Shown here: positions 12,654-26,555 of the stretch, one piece after another
How the letters are laid out: each line of letters opens with the position of its first letter
Numbering within the stretch: position 1 is the stretch's first letter
From: Octopus vulgaris
Taxonomy: Eukaryota
NCBI GenBank assembly: GCA_951406725.2
Contig: OX597834.1
Coordinates: forward strand, 32,922,001 to 32,986,000
Reading direction: 5' to 3'
DNA: 64,000 nucleotides
Made by a program: the position numbers and the translations under genes
The notes under the pieces: model-generated
What the model saw: the letters and a program-made list of their open reading frames with translations, nothing else
Database searches by the model: none
Told to the model about the DNA's origin: nothing

Positions 12654-12851
12654 TGTATGTATGTATGTATGTATGTATGTATGTATGTATCTATGCATGT
12701 ATGTATGTACGTACGTAGGTATGCATGTATGTATGTATGTATGTATGTATGTATGTATGTATGTATGTATGTATGTATGTATGTATGTATGTGTATGTAT
12801 GTATGTATATATGTATGTATGTATGTGTGTGTGTGCATGTATGTATGTACG

Positions 12852-12885
<34 letters not shown>

Positions 12886-13274
12886 TGTATGTATGTATGT
12901 ATGTATGTATGTATGTATATATGTATGTATGTATGGATGGATGCATGCATGCGTGTATGTGTATCTGGAGTGTCTGTATGCGTGTAGGGTCTGAATATGT
13001 GATTGTGCAGATATGTGTGTTTATGTGTGTGCGTATGTGTGTGTGCTTGTGCAATGAGAGCCTGAGTTTGTGTATGTATGTGTGTGTTTGAGAGAGAGAG
13101 AGAGGTGGGGAGCGGTGCTTATCCGTTATCTCTTGGTGTGTTACCGTATGGAATGATTTCCAATATCAATATGCCATCTAAATAAAAATGAGCCTTGCAT
13201 ATGTATACACACACACATACATACATACATACATACATACATACATACATACATACATACATACATACATACAC

Positions 13275-13363
<89 letters not shown>

Positions 13364-13437
13364 CACATTTATATACTTATATATTTATACACACACATAT
13401 ATATATTCATATACATATATATACATATATTTATGTG

Positions 13438-13468
<31 letters not shown>

Positions 13469-13508
13469 GTATGTATGTATATATATATATATGTATATGT
13501 ATGTATGA

Positions 13509-13554
<46 letters not shown>

Positions 13555-13611
13555 GCATATACACACTAACAAATATATACATGCATATATATATATATAA
13601 TATTCATAGAT

Positions 13612-13677
<66 letters not shown>

Positions 13678-13711
13678 TGATACATAGAGAGAGATAGACA
13701 GACAGACAGAT

Positions 13712-13782
<71 letters not shown>

Positions 13783-13803
13783 GACAGACATACAGATAGA
13801 TAA

Positions 13804-13889
<86 letters not shown>

Positions 13890-14239
13890 GGATAGGTATT
13901 ATCGTCATCACCATCAATGGAAAGATCACGTTAAATCGGAACGCGATATGGATGGTAGCAGATGCCGTGTGGGTATGTGTGTGTGTGTGTGCGTGTGTGT
14001 GTGTGTGTGTGTTGTATGTGTATAGGAATGGGGGGAGGGGTATATGATGGTGTTGGTAGGGGGTTGCGAGTGAGGGATGAGTGTTGGAGGTGGTGGTGAG
14101 GTGGGGGGGGGAAGCCCGGATCGCTGTTCCATCGATTAGGAAGAAACCTCTCTGTCGCACCCCCCTCCCGCTGCCGGCTGTGAAACCAGAACACACGTGG
14201 CGTTTCGCGTGTTGTATGTTTGGTGTAATTGCAGTGCCA

Positions 14240-15650
14240 AAGGTGGCGGTGGCGGTTGCAGTAGAAGTGAAGGTGGCGGTAGTGGTGGTAGTAGAGAAGA
14301 TGGCGGTGGTGGTGGTTGTAGAGAAGATGGCTGTGGTGTTGAAGGTGGTGGCGGTGGTGGTAGTAGAGGAGATGGCAGTGGTGGAGGTAGTTGAGAAAAT
14401 GGCTGTGGTGTTGAAGGTGGTGGTGGAGGTTGTGGTAGTAGAGAAGATGGTGGTGGAGGTGGTAGTAGAGGAGATGGCGGTTACAGAGGGTTATGGCGGT
14501 GGTGGTGGTAGTAGAGAAGATGGCTGTGGTGTTGAAGGTGGTGCTGGTGGTGGTGGTGGTGGTGTAGATGGCGGTGTTGGTGGTAGCAGAAAATATGGCT
14601 GTGGTGTTGAAGGTGGTGGTGGAGGTGGTAGTAGAGGAGATGGCGGTGCTAGAGGGAGATGACGGTGGTGGTGGTAGTAGAGAAGATGGTGGTGGTGTTG
14701 AAGGTGGTTGTGTAGATGGCGGTGGTGGTAGTAGAGAAGATGGCTGTGGTGTTGAAGGTGGTGGTGGTGGTGGTGGTGTAGATGGCGGTGGTGGTGGTAG
14801 TAGAGAAGATGGCTGTGGTGTTGAAGGTGATGGTGGCTGGTGGTAGTGATGATGGCTGTAGTCATGGTATTGGCGGTGGTGGTGGCGGTAGTAGAGGTGA
14901 AGATGGCGGTGGTGTTGGATTTGATGGTGGTGGTGGTGATGTTAGTGGTGGCAGTGGTGGTGGTAGTGTTGATAGTGTTAGTGGTGATGGTGTTGGCGGT
15001 AGTGTTGTTGTTAACGGTGAGAGCTGCGATGGTGACGATGGTGGTGGCGGGGCTGTTATTGGTGGCGGCGGCGATGGTGATGGTGGTGGAGTGGTAGCGA
15101 AGCTGGTTATCGCGATGGTAATGGTGATGCTGCTGCTGTAGTTCCGGCTGTTGTCGTGATCGGGGTTGTGGTGGTAGTTTTTGGTGGTAGTAATACTGGT
15201 TGTAGTACTGATAGTCGTATGGATGGTAGTGACGGCGGTAGTGGTGACACTGGTCGTGGCCGCGGCAGTAGTAGTGGTGGTGATGATGATGATGGTGGTG
15301 GTGGTGGTGGTGGTGGTGGTGGTGGTGATTGTGACTCTGGTGTTTGTGATAGTGGTGGGTAGAGTTGTAGTAGCGATTGTTGTTATGGTAGTGGTGGTAC
15401 TGGTAGTGAGGTGGTGTTGCGGTGCTAGCGGTAGTGGTGGCAGTAAACGTGTTATTCTTGTACTGCGGGGTATTGTGTACGTTGTAGTGGTAGTGGTGGC
15501 GGCGGTGGTGGTGATGATTGTGGTGGTAGTGGTTGTGGTGGTGGTGATGGTGGTGGTAGTGGTAGTGGTGGTGGTGATGGTGGTAGTGGTGAACGTGATG
15601 GTAGTAGTATCAATAACAGTTGTGATAGTGTTGGTGGTAGTACTACACCT
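14240..15650. repeat. (GGT/GTA)n tract with a recurring GTAGAGAAGATGGCTGTGGTGTTGAAG unit
   Basis: Directly visible; it produces the poly-Val/Gly/Thr pseudo-ORFs. Confidence 0.9.
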
Positions 15651-16015
15651 GGCAAGCAAAGAGTGTTCTTTTCGTTGTTGTTGTTGTTGTTATTGTTGCT
15701 GCTGCTGTTTAACCCTTGGTTGACCCTAGTCTTCACCGACCTATGATCAAAACACATCTCAGCCGTGACCATCTTGTCTTTTTGTTATGTATGTACAACT
15801 CAGGACGACATTGACTTCATGACATGCCTCCTTTCTTTTTAAGACAGTAGGCGAGATTTAGCTGCTATTTCTAGCGGATTAACAACCACGTAGAGCAGGG
15901 GTCGGTACTATATTGACTGGAGAGGATCGGCGTGAGGACATACCTCTGTGATGCTCCATTCTGGAAATTAAATGTTCTGTGACAGTTGAGTGTGTTTCGC
16001 TGTACCGTATTTACT

Positions 16016-16117
<102 letters not shown>

Positions 16118-16411
16118 TGTGTGTGTGTATGTGTGTGTGTATATACATATGTAAAATTTGATTTGATTTGGTCGAGCCATTTGAGAATGCATAGAGAACA
16201 GACAGACAGATAGGATGCGCGTTTCCACAAATCAAGTGCCCCTTAAGATCATAGTCCATATTCCTGGGATGACTAGAGTATAGTCAGAAGTATCTGTCGA
16301 TATTGGGTAGATTATGTTCATGCATTCATTTCTTCAACCGACATAAATAAATAAGTGCTTTTATATGTATATTCAAAAAACATCTCTCGTAAACGAACTT
16401 CATGGATATAA

Positions 16412-16832
<421 letters not shown>

Positions 16833-16834
16833 GT

Positions 16835-17052
16835 GGGCATATGGCGTAGTGGTTCGATTCCAGGCAGTGACCTGAATAATAATAATAATAATAATAACAA
16901 TAACATGGAAAAATACCCTAGGAATGAGAACCCAGGTTTGAAATTTCCCCAAAACACCTGATGAAGGCTTGGAAGGCATATCAGCCGAAACGTTGTGTTA
17001 GCAACAAACAAGATGAGGACAAATATCCGTCAAATGTAAATAATGTTAAATG
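16835..17052 (+). mobile_element. Inverted second copy of the tRNA-HHR element (internal deletion in the tRNA part, 3' truncated)
   Basis: Reverse complement of the left arm; the deletion joins GTGGTT to CGATTCC through a GTT microhomology. Confidence 0.8.
16953..16999 (+). ncRNA. Minimal type I hammerhead ribozyme, canonical core
   Basis: AACAC-CUGAUGA-a-GGCU...AGCC-GAAA-CG-UU-GUGUU, with palindromic AACGUU stem III. Predicted cut is after 16994. Confidence 0.8.
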
Positions 17053-17059
17053 ACATACA

Positions 17060-17128
<69 letters not shown>

Positions 17129-17768
17129 TTAAAATATTGTTTAAATAGGGGTTTTAAATGCAAACCCTCCATGATTGATAATATATACTCCAATCTATAC
17201 TTAGCCATGAAATATTTACTTATATTTATATTTACTTATATTTATATTCTAATTTTTGATATATATTCTACTTATTATACAACATTACTCTTTTATGTAA
17301 TTTTATGTACATTGGCTTTATGTACATGATTTGTTTGCCTTTTTTGTTTAACCCTACAGTCTCTTATGTGGTGGTTTAATAAAATATGTGATGAGTATTA
17401 TCTGGTAATTGATATTTGATTTAGATGTATTTCTCCATTTTCTTATCTTGTATATATATATATATATATATGTATCTATATGGTGGTCCAGTAGCGCAAT
17501 CTGCGCAAGGTCATCCCTCTTTGGTATTTCACATTCAGGGAAGCAAAAGAGCCAGAAACGAGATAGGAGAAAGCATTGGGCAGATCCAGTGTTTTTACAC
17601 CTTTTGTCATAAAAGAAATCTTTTCCTTCTGGGTAAATGCAGTGAATTTGCCTTTAGATAATTAAAATGTCACAAACATATTTTAACTAACCTAAAGATC
17701 GTTTGTACCTAATTACCATTCAGTGTGTGTGTGTGTATGCGTTCGTATGTGTGTGTATGTGTGTGTGT

Positions 17769-17801
<33 letters not shown>

Positions 17802-18099
17802 AGAGTGCGTACGTGTATGGCGCAAGATAGATGCCCTGAGAAAAGCAGGGAATTGTTTATCGAGTACTTATAGTCGATACGCGTATGGAGCAGGACGAGA
17901 TGTCTAAGGTAGGCTGTTGTAATTTGCAAGGTAATGTTTGTTTGAATGTGTGTGTATGTAAATGCTGTTGTAGATTGTTTAGGATACAAATCGGGTTCAG
18001 TCGTGATACCTATTTGTTTTAGCCCTTTTGTTATCTCAAACTATTTCAAAACTTTGTATGCTTATCATATCAACAAGATTCGTGTTGCTAGGTTTTACT

Positions 18100-18950
18100 T
18101 TGAACGTTGATATCTCCGGTGCAGCGTCGCTTCGTATCAATTACCTGTGTCATTTATGATATCTCTATATTAAATGCAAGATTTTATAGATGCCGTTCGT
18201 CACGCCTCTATATAATCTCAAAGGCTCAATATAATAAGATTTTGCCATAATTTGGAATGGCAGGTATTCTATGTTCAGGTATTAAGAATATCATCCATGT
18301 ATTGCTACATGAATATCGTGTGTTATCATAAAGATCTTTTAATTCTATAAAAGTGTTTTTAATGCCGTTAATGATGTCGTGTATAACTTTTGTGTTTCTT
18401 ACTGTCATATATCACAAGGATTATTTTTGTAAATAAAGTGTTTATTATTGAATGCTTTCTGTGCAGTTCCTTGGCGTTGGAAAAAGAGACTTGACAGCGG
18501 AAATTGTACGTATTCCTATTGCAGTGGTTGCTGTCATTGCTAGTTATTATTCTCGTGTATTTCTGTGCATTATTTGTAAAGAGATGTTGTTTGTGTAAAT
18601 AAGTCGTAGAATTTATGTGACTCTTGTCTTTCGAGGAGATTTAAAGCTTATTTCATGCAGATTCGTAGCGACAGACATTCTCTGTAGAAACATTAAAGGT
18701 ATTAAAAGCACCTTAATGGAACTAAAAAGCTGTACGATCGCGCTCGATATTCTTGTAGCAGTACTGCAAATGACATTCTTAGAAACCGAACATAGAATAC
18801 CTGCCATTCAAAATTATAGACTCTTTCAGAAAGGAGAGGATCTTGCAACATACTTAAAAACTTGCATTTAAGGCAAAAATATTACAAACGACATTTTGTA
18901 ATTTATTAGAAACGGCGCTGCACAAGAAATACAGACTGAAACTCAACACG
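18100..18950. pseudogene. Two diverged, inverted copies of a LINE APE endonuclease N-terminus
   Basis: + strand: ILCRNIKGIKSTLMELK..DILVAVLQMTFLETEHRIPAIQNY..LATYLK. - strand: IINGIKNTFIELK..EHRIPAIPNY. Both resemble the WNxNG..LQET pattern. Confidence 0.7.
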
Positions 18951-18969
18951 AAGCACGTTCATATATTAG

Positions 18970-19180
18970 TTTCAAATTTTGGCACAAGGCCAGCAATTTT
19001 GGGGCAGTGAGTCATTCGATCACCTCGACCCTAGTGATCCACTGGTACTTATTTTATCGACCACGGAATAATGAAAGGGAAAGTCAACCTCGGCGAAATT
19101 TAAACTCCGAAAGTAGAGACGGACGGAATACCGCTAAGCATTTTGTCCGGTATGCTAACGCTCCCGCCTGCTTGCCGCCT
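18970..19180 (-). mobile_element. SINE family B, older subfamily
   Basis: Diverged match to 9156-9389 with a GGCCTTGTGCCAAAATTTGAA tail. Confidence 0.8.
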
Positions 19181-19198
19181 TACACATTTATATATTAA

Positions 19199-19418
19199 CC
19201 CTTTAGCATTCAGATTACTCTGTCAAATGTAAAGCCTGTTTAATTACATTGTTTTAAATTAATTGTACAGCATCTTGTAACTCTGAGATTTTGATGATGT
19301 CCCTGTTTATTTTTAGAATGACTTTGTAGGGTAGGTGTGAGAGGTCAGAGCTGACTGGTTTGAGCATAAAACAAGAAGGCAATTTTGGCCTGATATGGCC
19401 GGTTTAAACACTAAAGGG
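19199..19418. mobile_element. piggyBac-like MITE
   Basis: TTAA-CCCTTTAG ... CTAAAGGG-TTAA; 220 bp and non-coding. Confidence 0.8.
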
Positions 19419-19480
19419 TTAAACATAGAGTCGCACGTGTTGTAAAGAAATATTTCTCTGTCCAAAATTTATCGTCAAAA

Positions 19481-19757
19481 TGGATTTCTAGCCGTGTCCG
19501 TCCTGAATTTCTAGCCGTGTCCATCGTGGATTTCTGCCCGTGTCCGTATTGGATTTCTAGCTGTGCCCGTCTTGGATCTTTACCCGTGTCCGTCTTGGAT
19601 TTCTAGCTGTGTCGGTCCTGGATTTCTAGCTATGTCTGTCTTGGATTTCTACCCGTGTCCGTCCTGGATTTCAAACTGTGTCGGTCCTGGATTTTTCGCC
19701 GTGTCCGTCTTGGATTTCTAGCTTTGTCGGTCTTGGATTTCTAGCTTTGTCCGTCCT
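19481..19757. repeat. 23-bp minisatellite, about 12 copies
   Basis: Unit TGGATTTCTAGCCGTGTCCGTCC. Confidence 0.92.
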
Positions 19758-20006
19758 GTCTCCTTTTCTGGTGTTCAGTTTCGGTTTGGTCTTTACGTTT
19801 AAACATTTACGAAAACGATAGAAGAGTATTTGAGGAAGATTTGGCAACGATTTCTTTCAAGGGGAGTCTTTTTTATTGACCCAGGTTGATGGGATTGGTG
19901 GACAATAATTTAAGATGTAGTGTCCATAAACGCATAACCATACATACATAAGGCAGACACACTCACACACACATACGCATATGTGCATGCACGCGCGCGT
20001 GGTTGA

Positions 20007-20250
20007 AGGCGCGTGGCCGAGTGGTTAAGGTGTTGCACTTACGATTGCTAGCTCGAGTTTTCGATCCCCGAACAGGGCGACGCATTGGGTTCTTGAGTAA
20101 AACACTTCATTTCAAGTTGCTCCAGTTCACTCAACCGTCAATGGGTCACCCTGCGACGGGATTTCCTTCCAGCCAGGCGGAGTGCTGGTCTGTTCAACCA
20201 GCCAGCAGAGTGGCTTTTCATTCGAAAGCCAAAAGCGCTGTTCACTGTCT
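20007..20250 (+). mobile_element. SINE family C
   Basis: GGCGCGTGGCCGAGTGGTTAAGG head and TTCTTGAGTAAAACACTT CORE-like block. Confidence 0.75.
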
Positions 20251-20285
20251 TTGAATCAACTCACACACACACACATTTATATATA

Positions 20286-20738
20286 CAGGGTGCGGTGAAT
20301 AAACTGTCGTCTAAATTATGCAAAAATGAAAATAACACTGACATCTCATTTTAACAGATATATTTACCAAAATGACATAAAAATACCTTGAAATAATAAA
20401 ATTCCCATTGGCTTCAACCATGGCCTCCGGATAACTTCGGAATGCCATGCAACTCTTCTGGACGGTCTCCTTATTTAAGTTGGTGAATGCTGCCATAATC
20501 CTTGCCTTCAGCTCATCTTTGGTGACACAAGGAATTTTATTGGTCTCTCACTCAACTGCGCCCCACACATAATAATCAAGGGGGTGGCAGTCTGGGGAGT
20601 TAGATGGCCAGATGCTAGAGGTGGTGTAATCGCAGAAATTGTCTGACAGCCATAAGTGGGTTCTCCTTCTTGTGTAGCATGGTGCAGAGTCCTGTTGCTA
20701 GACATAGGGTCTTCCAACAACCATCCTCTTGACCCAGG
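20286..20738 (-). mobile_element. Tc1/mariner DD37D (maT-like) transposon, 3' part
   Basis: TA plus TIR CAGGGTGCGGTGAATAAACTGTCG; remnant QQDSAPC..WPSNSPDCHPLDYYVWG..KARIMAAFTNL. Confidence 0.88.
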
Positions 20739-21316
20739 TTGGAAAGCAAGCCTCTTACCCGACATCCACTCCTGTGCCTATATATGTATACATGTCTATA
20801 TATATACATACACACACACACAGACGCATGAAGGCGGCGAGACAGCCGAATGGTTGGCACGCCGAGCAAAATGCTTGGTGTCAGCATTTTGTCCGGCTTT
20901 ACGTTCTGAGTTCAGATTCTGCCTAGGTCGACTTTACCACTTTGCACAATCGACTTACCCATGACCCGAAGCCTGCGCCAAGATTCGAAACCGATTCCTG
21001 GGATTGCTTCTAAGAAAATTCATTCGTGTGCAACAAGTTGCGTGAAAATGATTTTACGCAATCAGCATTTGATGGTCACTGAAACACGTGTAAATGTGTT
21101 ATATGCAAATCATTGTCCAGTTTATTCTCTTGTCTTGTATTATTTATTCATCATCTCTGACCACTGGACGGCCTTTAAAGCCGTTGCTTTACATCATCCG
21201 TGTTGCAACCGGAATCTACTTCTCAGGCGTCTCCTTTTGGGGATGGAATGAAACAAACGGTGGCTTAAAGTACAAGTAAATATGTCGTGCATTTTAGCTG
21301 GTATTTTAATAAATCC

Positions 21317-21375
<59 letters not shown>

Positions 21376-21566
21376 ATTGGGGTTTCTTGCATGTTTGAAT
21401 GGGGATAAATTCGATTTGATATATAAAACTTTCACCTATGTAAGAGACAGCTGGGAAGCTGGTACGTATATGTTATATGTTCAATGTTCACCGTTTCAAT
21501 TATATAATTTTATGGTTTTGATACTAAAAATTTCGTCGTCTGAGTTAAGTGTCAAGTGTGTGTGTG

Positions 21567-21604
<38 letters not shown>

Positions 21605-22059
21605 GTGGAAGGAATTTGTTCCTTAGTTTATATACAGATACAGGAAGTCTTCAAGTTTTCCCAGCGAAATTAAATGAAATGGAACGAAATAAAACGGAAT
21701 GAAATATATAACATTTACGTCATATGAAGGTAAATAATTCGTTTTTAACGATTGAACTCGAAGTAGAAAAGCTATAAATAACAGTCGGTAAATTCCATGC
21801 TCTGCATTTTTATCAATTTTTTTGCCTCTTCACTCTTTCTTTCTACCATATATCTGCTAGCTTAATGATGAATTACTTACACCCAACCATTGATAAAAAT
21901 TGACAGTTCCACTTCTTCTTTTAGTCACAGTTCAAGTCGGAGTTTTGCGTAGAAAAACAACTTGAGCACTTATTGAATATTCCAATTATTATCATTAGAC
22001 CTAATTTTATCTATACTTTATCTCTCATCCTCTCTCCTTTTCTCTATCTCTTTATCTCT

Positions 22060-22099
<40 letters not shown>

Positions 22100-22198
22100 A
22101 TATATATATATATATATATATATATAGGTATATATATATGATTGACTTCTATATCCACAAGTATATTTTATTCTCTCTCTGCTTATTTCTTCGCGTTC

Positions 22199-22320
22199 GT
22201 TTCTGTTGAAGAGCGTAAGCTCGAAATGTAAAAGTCTTTCTTACCTTCCCCGAGCGTTAAACTAATACACCTGTTGTTTATACGTCTGTTTTTGTCTTTT
22301 ATTTTTCTATAAATTTCAAC
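22199..22320 (+). mobile_element. PLE pseudo-LTR-like repeat with hammerhead-like fold (A6U core)
   Basis: CUGUUGA-a-GAGC-GUAA-GCUC-GAAA-UGUA. Related copies at about 26926-27000 and 42806-42900. Confidence 0.55.
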
Positions 22321-22392
<72 letters not shown>

Positions 22393-22719
22393 GATATATA
22401 TATATATAGATATAAATATATATAGATATATATATTTATAAATGTATATATATATATGTATGTATATATGTATATATATATGTGTGTGTGTATGTGTGTG
22501 TATGTGTGTATGTATGTATGCATGTATGTATGTGAGTACGTATGTATATATGTGTATGTTTGTAGGTATGTATCTATGTATATATGTATGTATGTATGTT
22601 TGTATGTCTCTTCTCTTTTTTAGTTATTATAAATTTTCCACAGAGGAGGGAGCCGGTTTCCAAGAAAGATACACGGCTCCGTCTTTGGGATGTAGTTAAC
22701 ACAGACAAATTCACATTTG

Positions 22720-23055
22720 TTACGGAGATGTACTTGCATAGCAAGGGATTTGATCTGAGATCGAGTGCTGAAACGAAAACAATTGCAGCGTGGAAGGTGT
22801 TTGTAAGCCATTCAAGAAACACACAAAAGCTGTTCGATTCACTTCAACATTTAAGTTTAATTTGTCAAAATATTTTCGTCGCTTTAAGACCGCGACCTGT
22901 TCACTGACAAAAATCCGTGATGCAGCACGGATTTTTGTCAGTGAACAGGTCGCGGTCTTAAAGCGACGAAAATATTTTGACAAATTAAACTTAAATGTTG
23001 AAGTGAATCGAACGGCTTTTGTGTGTTTCTTGAATGGCTTACAAACACCTTCCAC
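22720..23055. mobile_element. 336-bp fold-back element with a 266-bp palindrome and 12-bp TSD
   Basis: 22790-23055 is palindromic with 2 mismatched pairs out of 133. AATTCACATTTG is repeated at 22708-22719 and 23056-23067. Confidence 0.92.
22935..22983 (+). ncRNA. Minimal hammerhead fold, G3-C8 core variant (mirror copy at 22862-22910 on the - strand)
   Basis: UUGUCA-GUGAACA-g-GUCGC-loop-GCGAC-GAAA-AUAU-UU-UGACAA: 6-bp stem I, 5-bp stem II and palindromic AAUAUU stem III. Confidence 0.7.
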
Positions 23056-23324
23056 AATTCACATTTGGAACTTGAGAAAAGTCTTGCATATTTTTACTGT
23101 TCCACTCACAGATTGCACTTGTAATGTACGAATCAGCCAGTATACATACATGTGTATGTTTGTACGTATGTATATAGGTATGTATGTATGTATGTGTGCG
23201 TGTATGTATGTATGTATGTATGTATGTATGAATGTATATATGTGTGTATGTATGTATGTATGTGCGTGTATTAGTATGTGTGTGCATGCATGTGAATGTA
23301 TATAATTTATCAATTGCTTTTATC

Positions 23325-23722
23325 TTTTACTTGTTTCAGTCGTTAGACTGCGGCCATGCTGGGGCACCACCTTCAAGAACTTTTACTCAAACGTATCAAA
23401 CCCAGTACTTATATTTTTTAAAGCCTGGTATTCATTCTGTCGGTCGCTTTAGCCGAAATACTAAGGTATAGGGACATAAACACACCAACACCGGTTGTCA
23501 AGTGGTGGTGGTGGTAGTGGGGACAAACACAGACCCAAAGACACATACACATACATATATACATACATATATATATACGACGGGCTTCCTGTTTCCATTT
23601 ACTAAATCCACTCACAGGGCTTTGGTCGGATCGAGGCTATAGTAGAAGGCAGTTGTCCAAAGTGCCAAGCGGTGGGACTGAACCTGGAACCATGTGGTTG
23701 GGAAACAAATTTGTTACCACAA
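23325..23722 (-). mobile_element. SINE family A
   Basis: Both halves match 790-1246. Confidence 0.85.
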
Positions 23723-23744
23723 CGCCAGATAGACAAATGGGTAT

Positions 23745-23822
<78 letters not shown>

Positions 23823-23842
23823 TGATAGATAGATAGACAGAC

Positions 23843-23910
<68 letters not shown>

Positions 23911-24113
23911 GGATGGATTGATAGGTGGATAAATAGATAGAAGGATTCTCTGCGCGTGTGTGTGTGTGTGTGATATCGTGCGTACGGTTATAATGTATCA
24001 GATATGTTGTGTACTGTGACATGTGCTACGTTCATACAATATGGCTGGACATGTGATAAGATGGATTGCAATATCGTACAGGATAACTTACCTTGGCAAC
24101 ATCCAGCTAAGTG

Positions 24114-24191
<78 letters not shown>

Positions 24192-24591
24192 GCAGCAACC
24201 AAAAGAAATAACATTAAAAGGAAGTACGAACAAGCTTTCCCTTCTGTTATTGTTATCATTGTGATATCAATCAACATCGTCATCAACGTCATCATCATCA
24301 TTGCTGTCGTCACCGTCGTCGTCGTGGTCGTCTTCGCCGCCATCATCAACCAGCGCTCTCTTTTGCTTCTGTCTCTGTCTGTCTGTCTGTCTTTGTCTGT
24401 TTGTTTGTCTCTCTCTCCCTCCCTCCCCCTCTCTCTGTTCTATCTCTCTGTCTCTCACACTCCCCTCCCCCTCTCTCTGTTCTCTCTCTCTCTCCTTCCC
24501 TCCTCTCTCCCTCCTCTGTCTCCAACCACCACCAGCAACTAAGCCACAGAAATTATTTCTATAAGAATAAAGCATCACACACACACACACA

Positions 24592-24647
<56 letters not shown>

Positions 24648-24699
24648 CTATCTATCTATCTACCTCACTACATGTATATATTCTTTTATGCTTTTATTC

Positions 24700-24889
24700 T
24701 TTTATGTGTTTCAGTCGTTTGACTGCGGCCATGCTGGAGCACCGCCTTTAGTCGAACAAATCGAAACCAGTACTTATTCCTTGTAAGCCTAGCACATATT
24801 CTATCGGTCCTATTTTGCCGAACCGCTAACTTATGGGGACGTAAACACACCACCATCGGTCGTCAAGCGATAGCGGGGAACAAACACAG

Positions 24890-24937
<48 letters not shown>

Positions 24938-25086
24938 GACGGGCTTCTTTCAGTTTCCGTCTTCCAATTCCACTCACAAGGCTTTGGTAAGCCCGAGGCT
25001 ATTGTAGAAGACACTTGCCCAAAGTGCCACGCTGTGGGACTGAACCCGGAACTATGTGGTTGGTGAGCAAGCTAGTTACCGCACAG
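24700..25086 (-). mobile_element. SINE family A
   Basis: Both halves match 790-1246. Confidence 0.88.
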
Positions 25087-25228
25087 TAGATGCTTGCTAT
25101 AGGGTTCAAATACCTGACGGTAAACTTTCCACCCCGATACCGTCGGTATCTACATATCAAATTTGAGCGTAATCGGATGGAGGATGCCCGAGATCCTAGA
25201 AGACACACACACACAGACAGAACGGATG

Positions 25229-25232
<4 letters not shown>
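25087..25232. mobile_element. HINE/Helitron-like fragment
   Basis: CATATCAAATTTGAGCGTAATCGG...ACAGACAGA..TTATATA end motif. Confidence 0.5.
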
Positions 25233-25313
<81 letters not shown>

Positions 25314-25430
25314 CATATATATAAAGTATATATAAAAATACAAAATGGGACAAGAACACAAAACACTCAAAGAGACGACACAAAGAGCGGACGGGTCATT
25401 CGAAGCCTCTAATCTTCAGTCAAGAACCGG

Positions 25431-25483
<53 letters not shown>

Positions 25484-25487
<4 letters not shown>

Positions 25488-25778
25488 GAAATGAAGAAAA
25501 TGCTGACAAAATAATTTAAGTAAGGGAGAGTGTATTTAATTAGGTGAAAGTTCTTTTTACCGGTTGCGCATTTGTTATGCTTATCAAAATATATTTTTTA
25601 AAGAGAGATAGAGTTCCTTTCTAAGAGAAAAAATCTATCAGAAAGGAACTCTATCTCTCTTAAAAAAATATCTTTTGATAAGCATAACAAATGCGCAACC
25701 GGTAAAAAGAACTTTCACCTAATTAAATACACTCTCCCTTACTTAAATTATTTTGTCAGCATTTTCTACATTTCCTTT
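25484..25778. repeat. Fold-back with ~139-bp arms and a 17-bp spacer; hammerhead-like U3-A8 motif in each arm
   Basis: Arms at 25484-25622 and 25640-25778. UUGAUAA-GCAU-AACAA-AUGC-GCAA-CCGG-UA lies at 25675-25704. Confidence 0.9.
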
Positions 25779-25811
25779 TTTTATATATCACAACTCGTGT
25801 TCCACATCTCC

Positions 25812-25870
<59 letters not shown>

Positions 25871-26500
25871 CATATATATATATATATACATAGCGAGAGA
25901 GAGAGGGAAGGAGGTAGAGAGAAATGCGGGAGTTTGACAGATACATAGCGATCAATTTAGTTTAATATGGTAAAATGGAGAACGCTCTACATAAGATATA
26001 TAGAATTAATTAAAATATTATTTCAATTAATTAATTTATGATCCGTTTTGTGCCCAAAGCAAGTTACTCGTTTAGGGATGTAAGTGTACGCGTGAATCAA
26101 GTCTTACGACGATGAGCTTAACAATGCTGAGTGGCTGTGAGTGGTTTTGAAGCTATTAGTATTGTGTACTTACTCGCTTCAATACATGCTCACACGCGCG
26201 CGCGAACATTTGTTTATGTACATGAGCAGCTCAAAAGAAGATATCGCCATCATTTGTAAAGGCTTATTTCTAAACACAAAGAAATTTAATTTGATGCATT
26301 TAAAATAATTAATATAGTATATAGAAGATATGCCACCGCGTTTATAACGCATTGAGAAGTGGAAAACACCAGGTATTGTGTACACAGATAAATGAGATAC
26401 TGAGGAACGTCTGTTTACATTCGAGATGTGTGTGTATATATATATATATATTTTTTCTCTAGTTTCAGCTCAGAGCTGCCGCCATGCTGATGCACCGCTG

Positions 26501-26555
<55 letters not shown>

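Larger units (their letters stand above)
22620..23135 (-). mobile_element. Second RLE-LINE 3' end, interrupted by the palindromic element
   Basis: LIRTLQVQSVSGTVKICKTFLKFQM* matches the copy near 1950. Its UTR with a GGAGCC..GGCTCC hairpin resumes below 22719. Confidence 0.7.

Noticed and set aside
14081-15772. Gly-rich or mucin-like structural protein
   Set aside because: It is a GGT/GTA simple repeat whose units shift frame, and similar tracts recur at 51.4, 53.3 and 59.0 kb.
22720-23305. Twin ORFs MEGVCKPFKK on both strands
   Set aside because: They are a direct consequence of the palindrome.
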